Shown here piece after piece: positions 39,700 to 53,288 of a stretch of 64,000 nt of DNA. The first letter of the stretch is position 1; each line of letters begins with the position of its first letter. Position numbers and translations under genes: made by a program. The notes beneath the pieces are model-generated. The model saw nothing but the letters and a program-made list of their open reading frames with translations, had not been told where the DNA came from and did not search any database. Origin of the DNA: Welwitschia mirabilis (taxonomy: Eukaryota); the NCBI GenBank assembly GCA_051453625.1, contig JBOZIK010000001.1, forward strand, positions 12,177,383 to 12,241,382, written 5' to 3'.

Positions 39700-40012
39700 A
39701 CTAAAATTTAACTCAAAGTTTTAACTTTGAGATGGTATCAGTCAAATTTACGAGCTTTTAGCACACTGGCTTAGATTAAAATCTAACTCAAGATTTTAAG
39801 CTAGTATCAGTCAATCTTCTGAGCTTATATCACAATGGTTTGGCATGAAATCTTACTTAAAGTTTTGACTTTAAGTTACTATCGGTCAAGTCAAGTGATA
39901 TCATTTTTGTAGGGTTAAGAAACATAGAATTCAAGAGAATAATTTTTTACATTTATCAAGTTTGCTTGAAATCTTACTCAAAGTTTTGAATTTGAGTTAG
40001 TATCAGTCAATT
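39700..40012. repeat. Four spaced copies of a ~40-bp hairpin-containing motif
   Basis: Consensus AAATCTTACTCAAAGTTTTGACTTTGAGTTAGTATCAGTCAA at ~39703, 39778 (shortened), 39848 and 39969. Confidence 0.85.
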
Positions 40013-42249
40013 GGATAAACCTATGTTAAAGTTTTAGCTCCTGATAATATGTTATAAAAGAAACAACATAGGTAATATTCATCTTCTTATTTTCCTCTAA
40101 AAATACATTCTTTTTTTTTTATATGACTAATCATGCTTTCATAATATTATCTAAAGTTTTTTATTAATTTAAAAAAATTTAGGATTTTAATTAACCACTT
40201 AGCAATCAATGATGAAAATTAAATCTGATGGATCCCTATGAAGACTTACAACATAGGGAAAAACTGAGCTAATCATAAATTGAGCTAAAGTTCTAACTTC
40301 ATGTTGAACCTTGATTAGTTTGAAATTCCCTAACTTCTGCCTTGACATAAAGACTATCATTGTACACTTGGCACACCCCAAGTGTTGGATAAAATAGGTA
40401 TGTAGTTCCTTTAAAATCTTTTACTTCATCACTAAACAACTGTGCACTGAGTATCTTAAAATAAATTACACTTATAAACTACATTAAGCAAGAATTATGC
40501 TATAAATTTTATTCCTTCATGTTAGCCATTCCTCATTCTCCATACTGAGTCTTAAATTTTTTCCACTCAATATTATTCAATCCTTACTACTCTTTTTTAT
40601 TTAATCCTTATGGAATCTACTCCCCTTTTCTCTCCCATTTCTACTTTAGGTATTAAAAAGGTAAAGTGTTGTCTTTTTAACTTAGGTTCTACATAGATTG
40701 ATGTGTGCATTAAAAGTGTAAAATCTCAATCACCTCAGATTTCTATTAGGTCTAAGAATGAGGTGTAGTACTCATTATATTCTAGTTATAAATCCACTGT
40801 TGAGGTCTTAAATACCTTGGATACCTTCATTACTGAAGCTGGTAGAGAACATTTTAAGAATGAGGTCCTTCCTCCAAATTTTGGCCTCATGATTCATCAC
40901 TTGGTGGCCATGTATCTAAGGGTTAAGATAGAAGAATTACATTGGTAACGTAATCAAGAAAACTCAGATTATGATGTTTCCTTAGGCAAACTAGCTGAAT
41001 GGATGCAGGTGTTAAAAAAGAGAGTGGATCAGCTTTAAGTACAAATCCTACACTTACTCTAGCTTGACTAATATTTATAGGGAGAACATATAAAAGATGA
41101 TATAGAATGCAAAGCCTTACAATAACTTTTAGCGATCCGACCCAGAAGAAATCAGCAAGATGTTAGAATCATTAAGTAAAATGCACCTGCTACCCTTAGG
41201 TAAGACTTTTGCATGGTCATCTAAGACTAGGAGTTCCAATATAAAGAATAAGTTCTCTGGCCATTCCAGAATTGATTTTATTTAGTCGAGTAATCTTCTT
41301 TTTTCAGTAGTCTGAGTAATGATTTTGTCATGTTTCTGAGTAATGATGTAATAAATTCCTTTATCTAATAATTTTTTTCTTGTTATAGCATTTCAAATGA
41401 ATTTATCTTATTACTATTTTTATTTTCTTCTAGGCATATCAATTTCATTAAAGGAAATTCATGCTAAGTAACTTATCAAATTTTTAAGATAATTCAAAAT
41501 GATTTTGGAACTATGAAGCTTTCCTCTTTGCTAAAACAAAATTTAGTGATTGTGCATGATATTTAATTAAATATCTTTGAATTCACATTCCATCACATAC
41601 TAGAATAAAATTCTCTTTTCTTTTCCTTTCTTTTTTTTCTTTTCTTTTCTTTTCTGTGATATATAGTTATAACTTTAGTAACTAATTGTGTCTCAGATAT
41701 CTTGAAGCATAATTGTTTCTCAACCTTTATTGTCACAACTTAAATTTTTAACCCCAATGAAGAGAGTGCAACTAATATTAGAGGAGTAAGGGCTTGTAAG
41801 ATTTTTAAAATCTAGATCATGGCTAAGTAAGCCCTTAGTTGAGTTCTCACAACTACTATATTGCACTTCCAAAGGCCCCTGTTAGGAATATTTACCCTAG
41901 TACACTTGCAGCAGAACATTGTGGGGATATATATATATATATATATATTCGCTTGAAGATATTCTATTATGTGATGGAACATGTCTCCTTAATCTTCTTA
42001 ATAAGGATAATGCACTATCTCTTGTTGAACAGCTACCAAGATAGCTTCTTTCTTTAGAATCATTAAATTTATCTTAAACAACTGAAGAAAATTGATAGTT
42101 TGAATAAACTTTAAAAAAATGACATGTCCTTTATTATCTAGTCTAAAAAAATTTTTATTTTATAAATAGAGTGAAAGTATTCTTTTCATCCTATTAGGGT
42201 TCCCTAAATAATGTAACAAATATTTATGATAATAATACATTTTTATTTT

Positions 42250-45200
42250 TCACCCATTTACTTGGCAGGTTACCTTTTCATCAGTATCATACACCTCTAT
42301 AGTCCCATTTCCCAAAATTTTTATTATAGTATAAGGCCCTAGCTAATTTTGTTTATATTTCTATTTTGAATGGATCTTTTTAGGGTTATATATTAGTACA
42401 GAATCATTTATACGGAAGTTAGTTTTTCTAATTTTATTATCATGATATATTTTAGTTTTCTATTGTATCATTTGTTTATGCAAAAGAGTTTTTTTTTTTT
42501 TCCTTTCATCTAAAATATTCATGTTTTCTATTTATTCTTTGTGAGCTATATCCAAATTATACTTTAGTTCTTTAGCTAATTTAAAGGTCTTTATTCTAAA
42601 TTCAATTACAAAATAGCTCTTTTCCATAAACTAATTCATATGGTGTAAATCCTATGCTATATTTCCAAGTTATTCTATAAGCCCATAAAATTCATTTAAT
42701 TTATTAGCTCAATCTATTTTCTTAACATTTATGACTTTTGTTAATATTCTATTAATTTTTCTATCAATCACTTCAGCTTGGCCTTTAGGATGATAGGTAG
42801 TAAAGAGCTTGTGATGGATTCCATGTTTGATTAAGAGTTTCTTGAAAATTTCACTAGTAAAATAAGTTTCTCTATCAGATATTAGACTTCAAAACACTTT
42901 AAACTGATAGATAATATTTCTAAAGAAAAAGATAACTATGGTTCGGAAAGAATAGTAAGATATGGCCTCAGCTCAGCCCACTTAGTGAAATAATCAATGC
43001 AAACCAACATATATTTTTTTCCCACAAAAGGAAGAATTGATGTATTTAATGAAATTTATTCTCCAAACATTAAAAGGTACAATTAACTGAATCAATTGTT
43101 ATGGCATTTCTAATTTCTAGTTAGATTCTCCCTCTCTTTGACACTTATCACAACTCTGGACATAAGCATTTGAATATTTAAATATTATGGGCCAATAATA
43201 TTCCATGGGAATAAGTTTTATCCCTATTATTCTTGAACCATAATGTCTTCCTCCTTCTCCCTCATGAGCTTTCTTCAGAATTTATTTTTGCAAACTTTCT
43301 TCTGTACATCTTCTAATAACATGATCTTTACATCTTTTAAACAACATCTTATCATGCCATATGTAGTTTCTCAACTTTTTGAACAATATTTTTCTTTTCT
43401 AATAATTCATAAAAGATGGTAATTTCTTACTTACAATAAAATTTTCTATATTAGCATACCATGAACTGGTTTTACTTGAAAGAGATGTTCATCTAGAAAT
43501 ACATCTCTTATATTTATTTAAACTTCATCATGAAATTCTAATCTTGAGAGATGATCTGCTACTACATTTTTTATTCCTCTTCTATCTGTAAATTTTAAGT
43601 CAAATTCTTGCATTATTATCCATTTTATAATTCTTGAATTAGCTTCTTTTTTATTCATTAAAAATCTAATAGCACTATATTTTGTGTGAACTTTCACTTT
43701 GTAATCTAAAATAAAATGTCTACACTTTTCTAATGTCATCACTACTACTAACAACTCTTTCTTAGTTATTACATAATTTTGTTGAGTTGGTTTAAAGTTC
43801 TTACTAATATAGGAAAAATAATATGGTTTATTGTATTCATCTTTTTGCTCCAAAATGACTTCCATGGCATGACTGGATGTGTCGGTCATAATGTGGAATG
43901 GTCTTGTCCAATGGGGTCCTTGTAAAATGGGTGCTGATAATATTTTATCTTCCAAAGTTTGGTAGGCACTTTGACATTCATCGGTCTAATTATATTCCAT
44001 ATCCTTCTATAAAAGATTACTTAGAGGTTTAGCAATTCTACCTTAAGTTAGATATAGATCTTCTATAATATCCAATGTACCCTAAAAAAGATCTTAATTC
44101 TTTTACTTTGGTTGGGGATAAAATATCTTTTATAGCTTTAATTTTTTATTCATCAGTCTCAATCCCTTGTTGAGATATTTTATATCATAAAACTATGACT
44201 TATGTTACTATAAGATGACCCTTTGACTAGTTAAGTTTTAGGCATTTCTCTTTACATCTTTCTAAAACTCTTTCCAATCTGTTAAGTGACTCATCAAAGT
44301 TTTTTTTAAAAGTTGAGAAATCATCCATAAATACTTCAACATATCTTCTTATCATATCTTTAAAAATACTATTTACTAATGTTTGAAAGCTAGTAGGGGC
44401 ATTACATAATCCAAATGGTAATAGTTTATATGCATAAGTATCCCAATGACAAGTAAAAGTTGTCTTGGCTTGATCCTCTAAAGCTATTGGAACCTAATTA
44501 TATCCACTATATCCATCAAGAAAGTTGTAGTATTGATGTCCAGATACTCTCTCTAAAACTTGATCCATAAATGGAATAGGGAAATGATCTTTATAAATTG
44601 TTGTATTCAACATTCAAAAATCTATACATACTCTTCATTTATTTCCTTTCTTTGGCACCACTGTAATAGGACTAACCCATTATGATTTGGATATAGGATA
44701 GATGAATCCAACATCCAAGAGTTTAGAAATCTCTTGTTTAATTATTTCTTGTATATGTAAATTGCATCTTCTTTCTAACTGTCTGCTTGGTTTAATAGAA
44801 ATATATAAATAAATTCTATGTTAACATATTTTCAGATCTATTTCCTTAATATTAGTATGATCCTAAGCAAAAGCTCCTTTTCTTTTGATTAGCATTCTTT
44901 TAAGCTTCCTTTTCTGAGAATGAGTTAAAGAACTATTTATAACCAAACGCCTATGTGGAGCTACTTCAATATACTCTAATCCTTCCTTAAGTGAAGGATT
45001 TTCTATTTCTTGAGATGTTAAACTTTATTTTTTGTACTTTTCTTCATTTTTCCTATTTAACATCATACTAACTTCTTGTGCCATAATTGCATTAGTTCTA
45101 TCTTCTGTATTATGCACCATCTTCTCCACAACCACCGCATCAGATAACTTGATCTCTTTCATAAGATCTCCTAAACTAATTTCCATTACCCCTTTGCCCT

Positions 45201-45621
45201 AGAGTAAATAGTAGCATCTATAGTATCCATCCAAGGTCTCCCTAAAATTACTGCATGGGTATTGCCTTGAGTCTTTATTACTAAATAATCTATCAAGTAT
45301 ATGAATCCCTCGATTTCGATGGGTATATCCTTTAGAACTCCTTATGGTATTAGTGCTAAACCATCTGTCACATACAGATTTCCTTAATAATTATCAATCT
45401 TGTCTTTCCAATTCCTCATAAGTCTCATATGCCATCACATTAACATTTGCACTTAGATCTACAAGTGCTTCTACTTTTATCTTCCCATCATTTTTTATGT
45501 CTTTCATAGGTGTTCTTGGATCACTATACTTTTCATGTTATTTATTTTAAAGAACTTGTATGAAAGCCCAAGAAACTTGATTTTTCATAACCATCTCAAT
45601 ATTTTTTTTAATTCTTACTTT
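42250..45621 (-). pseudogene. pol: pol (protease-RT-RNaseH-integrase) of B1, degenerate
   Basis: ALVDLSANVNVM protease; FLDGYSGYN*, LPFGLCNAPTSFQ, EVFMDDFS RT; ORF 43518-43955 RNase H (FHIMTDTS, ELLVVV, NVVADHLSRL); WYANI, AHEGEGGRHYG, IDYFTKWAE integrase. Confidence 0.92.
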
Positions 45622-45721
45622 NNNNNNNNNNNNNNNNNNNNNNNNNNNNNNNNNNNNNNNNNNNNNNNNNNNNNNNNNNNNNNNNNNNNNNNNNNNNNNN
45701 NNNNNNNNNNNNNNNNNNNNN

Positions 45722-46302
45722 GGTTTAACTTAATAAAAACTTTATTTGTTTTATATCATTTGTTATGTACATCTCTATTATGATTCATGTTGCTTATGAT
45801 CTCGTGACAGCTTCATCTATGATATAGATCATTAGAGAAACTTTGTTAAGATTGACATTATTAGTTTAGGTGCATTACATTTCATTTTCTTGATTAACTT
45901 TGCTTATTTTCATATTCTATTTATATGCCTAATAGCTTAGGTTGATCTTGGTCTAGAGACAGTTTTCCTTGATCAATCTAAGTTATATAGGGCTTATCTC
46001 CTTGATAGGTTGATTTGGTAATTGAATAAATGCTGCATTTAGAATAGATTTTACATCTTATTTTCATAGTATATTCACTTGCATTATTTACTTTATATTA
46101 TTATTTTATTCTACTTAGAAAGTGCATAAGTGTTTTGTTTGAAATTAACTATCTTTCTTCTCATTTATGCCTTCAACAGGATTATGACATTTGGATTACT
46201 CCCATCTATATTAGTGTGTTATTATGTGTAATATATATATATATTAATAATTTTTAGGATTTGTATAAGGATGTAACATTTACATAAATATGAATTACAA
46301 CA
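45722..46302 (+). repeat. 3' part of an LTR related to family A
   Basis: Collinear with ~11900-12288 (ATGTTGCTT.TGATC..GTGACAG; ATCTATATTAGTGTGTT; ends ..ACAACA); abuts family B 3' sequence at 46303. Confidence 0.75.
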
Positions 46303-47559
46303 ATTAGCTTTAAGGAACAGATTCTTACTTAGTCTAGCTACATTAAGATTTAATAGAAAGAATATAAAGAAGATGATATGGAATGCAAAGCCTTACAAAA
46401 ACTTTTGCTGAATTCATCTAGAAGAAATCAACATGCTGTTAGAATTCCTAAGTGAAATGCATCTACTACTTTTGAGTGAGAGTTCTATAAGATCATCATC
46501 TAATACTACACATTCCATTTAAAATAATAAGTTCTCTAGTCATTTTAAGAATTAAGTTATCTTATTAGAGTGATTTATTTCTTAGTTTTAGGTAGTTTGA
46601 GCAAGGACTTTGTCTTGCTTCTGAGTGATGATGTAATAAATCCCTTTATTTAATAAAGTTTTTTTGGTTATTTTTTCTAAATAAATCTATTTCTTTACCA
46701 ATTTTTATTTTCTTATAAACATATCAATTTTATTAAGGAAAATTCAGACTAAACAACTTATCAAATTATTAAGATAATGTAAAATGATTTTAAAACTATG
46801 AATCTTTACACTTTGATGAAATATAATTTAATGATTTTACATGACATTAAATTTAAGATCTTTGGCTTCACATTCCATCACATACTAGAATAAAATTATT
46901 CTTCTTTTTTTTTTAATTGGTAGATTATAATATATAGTTATAGCCTTGGTAACTAGCTATGTCTCAGATGAGTCCTAGGGCATAACTATTTCCCAACTTT
47001 TGTTTGTCACAACTTAAACTTATAATTACAATGAGGAGAGTGAAACCACTATTAGAAAGGTAAGGATTCATAAGATTTTTTTTTCCTTTCTTCTTCTTCT
47101 TCTTCTTTTTTTTCTAAATCTAGATCATGGTCAACTAAATGCTTAGTGAAGTTCTCACAATTAGTATATTGCACTACCAAAGGTCCTTCTCAGGAATATT
47201 TTCCCTGATGCACTTATAATAGAATATTATATATATATAGTTATAGATATTCATCAGAATATTCTATTATGTGATAAAACATGTCTCCTTAATCTTCTTA
47301 ATAAGGATAATGTATTATCTCTTATTGAAGACTTACTAAGTTAGCTTCTTATTTCAGTATCATTAAATTTATCTTGAGCCACTTAATAAATTAATAGTTT
47401 GAATAAATTTCAAAGAAATGATATGTACTTTATTTTCTAGTCTAAAAATTTTTATTTTATAAGTAGAATGGAAATATTCTTTCCACCCTATTAGGGTTTC
47501 CTAAATAATGAAGCAAAGATTTACAATCATAAATATTTTTATTCTCTAACTATTTAATT

Positions 47560-50500
47560 GGTAGGTTATCTTTTTATCAAGATCATATACCGCTATAGTT
47601 TCATTTCCCAAAATTTTTGTTATGATATAAGGTTCTAGCCAATTTTGTTAGTGTTTCTATTTTAAGTTTTTTTAGGGTCATATATTAGTATAGAATATCC
47701 TATATTAAAATTATTTTTTATAATTTTATTATCATGATATATTTTAGTTTTTTGTTGTATAAGTTCTTTATGCAAAAAGAGCTTTTTTCTGTCTTCATCT
47801 AAAATATTCATATTTTTTATCCATTCGTCTTGAGCTATATGCAAATTTCACTTTAGTTCTTTAGCTAATTTAAAGGTATTTATTCTAAATTCAATTGGAA
47901 AAATACCTCTTTTTTTCATAAACCAATTCATATGATTTAAATCCTATGTTATCTTTCCAAGTTATTCTATGAGCTTATAAAGCTTCATTTAATTTATCAA
48001 TCCAATCTATTTTCTTAATATTTATGACTTTTGTTAATATTCTATTAATTTATTTATTAGTTAATCTAGCTTGGCCATTATATTGAGGATGATAGGCAAT
48101 ATATATTAGATATAAGACTTTGAGGGGCTCCAAACTGATAGATAATATTCTTAAAAAAAGGTTACTATAGTTTGGGAAGAGCAGTCAGATATAGCCTCAG
48201 CCTCAATCCACTTAATGAAGTTATCAACACAGATCAAAATATATTTTTTCCATAGGATGAAGGATTAATAAATTCGATGAAATCTATTTTCTAGACATCA
48301 AAAGGTTCAATTGATTAAATCCATTATTATGGAATTTCTAATCTCTACTTAAGTGCTCCATTTCTTTAACACTTATCATAACTCTAGACATAAATGTTTG
48401 GATCTTTGAATATTGTGGGCTAGTAACATATCACATAAATAATTTTTATCTCCATTCTTCTTGCACCATAATTTCCTCCTTCTTCTCTTGCATGAGCTTT
48501 CTTTACAATTTCTTTATGCAAATTTTCTTTCCACACATCTTCTAATAATATGATCTTTACATCTTCTAAATAACATCTTATCATGCTATGCGTAGTCTCT
48601 AGACTCTCTTAATAATCTTTTTCTTTCATAATAATTTACAAAAACATGGTAATTTCTACTTACAATAAAATTTGCTATGTTAGCATACCATGGATTGGTC
48701 TTGACTTGAAAGAGATGTTCATCTAGAAATTCATCTCTTATATTTATCTGTTCTTCATTAGGAAATTCTAATCTTGAGATATGATCTTTTACTACATTTT
48801 CTGTCCCTCTTCTATCAATAATTTTTAGGTCAAATTATTGCATTAATAATATTCATCTCATAATTTTTAAATTAGCTTCCTTTTTATTCATTAAAAATCT
48901 AACAACACTATGATCTATATGAACATTTACTTTGTAACTTAAAATATAATGTCTGAACTTTTTTGATATTATTACTATTACTAACAACTCTTGCTTAGTT
49001 CTTGTGTAATTTTGTTGAGATATTTTAAAGTTCTTACTAATATATACAATAGCATATGATTTATTATTTTCATCTTTTTACCTCAAAATGGATCCCATAG
49101 TATGACTAAATGTATCAGTCATAAAGTAAAATGATATTCTTCAATTAGGTCCCTGTAAGATGGGTGCTGTTTAGTAGGCACTTTAACATTCATCAATCTA
49201 ATTATATTTCACATCCTTTTGTAAAATATTACTCAGAGGTTTAGCAATTTTACTAAAGTAGGATATAAATCTTCTATAATATCCAATGTGTCCTAAGAAA
49301 GATCTTAATTCTTTTAGTTTGGTTGGATTAAAATATCTTTTATAGCTTTAATTTTTTGTTCATTGATGTCAATCCCTTTTTCAAATATTTTATGTCCCAA
49401 AACTATGCCTTCTATCATTTTAATACGACTTTTCAACCAGCTAAGTTTTAAGTGTTTCTTTTTACATCTTTCTAAAACCCTTTCTAATATGTCAATTGAC
49501 TTATCAAAATTATTTCCAAAAGTTAAGAAATTATCCATAAATACTTTAATAGTTCTTCTTCTTATATCTTGAAAAATACTATTTACTAACGTTTGGAAGC
49601 TACCAGGGGCATTATATAAATCAAATGGTAATACTCTATAGGCTTAAGTACCCTAATGATAAGTAAAAATTGTCTTGGCTTGATTCTCTAAAGTTGTTAA
49701 AACCTAATTATATCCATTATATTCATTAAAAAAGATATAGTACTAATGCTTAGATATTCTTTCTAAAACCTGACCTATAAATGGAAGAGCAAAATGATCT
49801 TTAAAAGTTGTTATATTCAACATTTAAAAATCTATACACACCTTTCTTTTATTTTATTTCTTTGATACCACTGTAATAAAACTAATCCATTCTGAATCAG
49901 ATGTAGGATAGGTAAACCGAACATTCAAGAGTTTAGAAATTTATTATTTAATTATTTTTTTCATCTGTGGATTACATCTTATTTTTGGCTACTTGCGTGG
50001 TTTAATGTAAGCATCCAAATAAATTCTATGTTAACATATTTTTAGATCTATTTTCTTAATATCAGTATGATCCCAAGAAAAAGCTTCTTTTCTTCTGATC
50101 AACATTCTTTTAAACTTTCTTTTCTAAGAATAAGTTAAATAAATATTTATAATCAAAGATCAATTTGGAGCTACTTTAATATACTTTAATCCTTCCTTAA
50201 GTGAAGGCCTTTCTATCTCTTAAGATGTCAAACTTTCTTCTTCATACTTTTCTTTATTTTACTTATTTAACATCATACTAACCTCTTGTGTTAGAATTAC
50301 ATTAGTTCTAGATTTTGTATTATGCACCATCTCCTCTACAACTACTGCATTATAAGTTGATCTCTTTCTTAAGATCTTCTATATTAATTTTCATGACCCA
50401 TTTTCTAGAATAAATAGTAGCATCTATAATAGCCATCTAACGTCTTTCTAAAATTACTACATGGGTGTATCCCTAATTCTTCATTACTAAAAAATCTATT

Positions 50501-50760
50501 AAGTAGATAAATCCATAGAGTTTGATGAATATATATTTTAGAACTCCTTTTGGTGGTACTGCTAAACCATTTTCCAAGTATACTTTTTCTTGGTAAGATA
50601 TCAATTTTGGCTTTTCCACTTCCTTATAAGTCTCATATGCCATTATGTTAACACTTGCTTCTAGATCCATAAGTGCTTCTACTTTGAGCTTTCCATTAAT
50701 TTTTATGTTTGTCATAGGTGTTCCTAGATTACTAAACTTTCACATTGTTTATTTTAAAGA
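47560..50760 (-). pseudogene. pol: pol of B2, degenerate
   Basis: ORFs 50473-50715 (KVEALMDLEASVNIM protease), 49314-49538 (MDNFLTFG..F...LERVLERC, GIVLGHKI RT) and 47662-47844 (integrase C-terminus); short deletion in the integrase core near 48100 relative to B1. Confidence 0.9.
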
Positions 50761-50799
50761 ACTTATGTAAAACTCTAAGAAACTTGGTCTTTCCTAACC

Positions 50800-52620
50800 A
50801 TCTCAATTTATTTTTCATTTGTCTTTCCTAACCATCTCAATTTGTTTTTCATTCTTACTTTCCTTTTTATTCCTTTGTTTTAAGCACATGCTTTTCATTT
50901 GCTTCTAATACGTAGGTAAATCTTTTAGTACTTTTAAATAAGGTAGTGATATTATTGTATCTTCTAAAACTTTTGTTAAATATTCTATGTCGTTTTCAAT
51001 TTTTTGATGTTCTATTTGTTTACTTATCATTAGAAAAGGTAGAGGATCTGTTGATGCATCAACTACTACTTCCTTTTTCATATTTGTTTCTTCATCAAAT
51101 AAAGAGATTTTTAAATTTGTTTTCTTTTCTTGGTCTTCATATGTTACCATTGTTTTCTAGATTTAGTAGTACTGCTTTACTTGTTGCTTCTCCTGGATTG
51201 GATTGAGGTTGAGTAGGAGTTTTTCCTTCTTTCTTCTCTGCTTCTAATTTTTCTTTTATGTCTTTTAAATTTTTGTTTCTCCAATTCCTATAATAATCAT
51301 ATTGCTTTTATCTTTTAGAATTTACATACTTTGTAAAGGCTTTTCTAACTTACCTTCCTATATCCTACTTCTCGTTTCCTACTTTTGGTAAGGATATGGT
51401 TTTTTTTTCTTGCTTGAGGTTGATCTTCTATATTTAAATATACTCTATTATATCCAATTAATGAATAAAATCCTACATCCAGGGACACTCTATTCCTTCA
51501 TAATTATCTTCTCCACAATGTTTGCATATAGGTCCTTCTTTCTCTTTAAAGTGTTATATAGCTAACTGATCAAATTTTCTATCATATTATCAGTTACTTT
51601 TTTAGCTACTTCTTCTATGAGATTGATATGCTTTGAACTATACACACTACCATCCACTTCTGGGGTAAATACTTCATCTATTCTTTTCTTCTTTCCACTC
51701 TCTTATCTTCATCCTTGATTCATGTTATAAAACTGAGTAATAGATTTTTCTACATTCTTTGCCTTAATGCTTCTTATACATAATAAGTTTAATTCCTTTA
51801 AAGTTTGACTCTGTAATCCTCTAAATAAATCTCTGACTCATTCTCTAGGTACATCTTCATGGTTGGAACATTTAGCTAACAATATATTATATCTATCCAT
51901 GAACTTGTCAAACCTTTTATTATCTTTCTATTTAATATTCAAATTTTGTTCTCTCAAATCTTCAACTATTCTTATGGGTTGAAGTTTAGCTAAGAAAGCT
52001 TTTTAAGATCTTCCAATGAACTAAAAGCATGATTAATATTTTTATCATATCATAGTTGAGCATCCCTTTTTAAAGAAAAAGAAAAATACTTGAGAAAATC
52101 AGATTCTGAATCAATATGATTTGCTTTACAGAAGGCATCAAATAAACTTAAATGTAGTAGAGGTTCTTCTGATTTCTTGCCCTCAAAAGTTGGTATTGAT
52201 GTTATATTTATATTTTCACTTTTTCCAGGTATTCTAAGATTGTAGAATTAATAAAACTTAAATTTTCTAGCCAACGAGTTTCATAATCTTCCCAATAGCA
52301 CCCTGCTACAAATTTTTTTTAAGGTTTACTTATCTTAGCTATTTGGGAAGATTCTCCTTGAGTAATAGGTGATTTGAGAAGAATACATAACCTATGTTCT
52401 ATTTCACTCATTAGTTTAGGAAGGATTTGTTCTTTTACAATTTTTTCAATAGCGGTTTCATCCATATTAAAATCTTCCTCCTCTATCTCTATTTTAATCT
52501 TGCTTTCAGTATGCTCATATAAATTATATTTGCTAGGATATTTAACAAACTTACCTCTCTCATTTCATCATTTTCCTTAACTATCCTATTAGATTATAGA
52601 CTTTTTCATTTCTACTAGTT
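50800..52620 (-). pseudogene. gag: gag of B2, degenerate
   Basis: Lies between the PBS and protease; IPTFEGKKSEEPLLHLSLFDAFC and YFSFSLKGDA.L* resemble retrotransposon gag (P.F.G...E.P..HL..F, FPFSL.G.A..W); PLPF...LPYLKVLKDLP pre-protease motif. Confidence 0.8.
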
Positions 52621-52633
52621 AGCTTTAGGATAT

Positions 52634-52650
52634 CCCTCCTTCTAGAACCA
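52634..52650 (-). promoter_or_regulatory. Primer binding site of B2, tRNA-Asn type
   Basis: Minus strand TGGTTCTAGAAGGAGGG, 3 nt from the LTR end; 15/17 match to TGGCGCTAGAAGGAGGG, the complement of the plant cytosolic tRNA-Asn 3' end as I recall it. Confidence 0.75.
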
Positions 52651-52653
52651 AAA

Positions 52654-53188
52654 TGGTGAAAGCTTATATTATGAAATAAATATAAAAATACTAAGAAATT
52701 ATTCCAAAAAATACATAAAACTATGATGCTGTTAATCTAAAATAAGCTTAAATCATTAAATGAAAATCAGAGATTTACTAAAGAACTAGTTGAGATCACT
52801 AACACTTCAACCATTTAGTTCAAAATGCATTATCAAGATAAACTCATGATGAAGTTACTTGAACTAGTTAGGTTGATGACTGATGAGTTTTCTATATACA
52901 TATATTACACTATTGGAAATGAAAAAAACATAGCAAAAGTTTTACTAAACGCTGAATAATACTTATTTTTAAGTATTACTAATTATCCTAATTTATGTTC
53001 AGCTACATAAATAGGAGTAAGTAAAAGAAGATATTACCTTTCTAAGTAGTAAAACATGTTCACAATATTTCTTAAAGACATTAGCTTTCCAACTTTATAT
53101 TAAAATACTAGAATGTTACATAAGAATATATTGATAAGTTTGTGTTTTTCTTTGTAGGTAATACTAGAACATTAGAGCTGCTGCTATG
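52654..53188 (-). repeat. Partial 5' LTR of B2
   Basis: Collinear with 34209-34717; ends at an N gap. Confidence 0.9.
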
Positions 53189-53288
53189 NNNNNNNNNNNN
53201 NNNNNNNNNNNNNNNNNNNNNNNNNNNNNNNNNNNNNNNNNNNNNNNNNNNNNNNNNNNNNNNNNNNNNNNNNNNNNNNNNNNNNNNN

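Larger units (their letters stand above)
46303..53188 (-). mobile_element. Element B2: second copy of family B (partial LTR-PBS-gag-pol-part of 3' region)
   Basis: 46303-50850 is collinear with 41030-45620, and 50830-52620 with 53289-55100; LTR 52654-53188 is cut by a gap. Confidence 0.9.

Noticed and set aside
39700..40012. Repeat-spacer look suggesting a CRISPR array or hammerhead ribozymes
   Set aside because: Repeats are degenerate, spacers irregular, there are no cas genes and the context is a eukaryotic TE; the minus strand has CTGATAC rather than the CUGANGA...GAAA hammerhead core.
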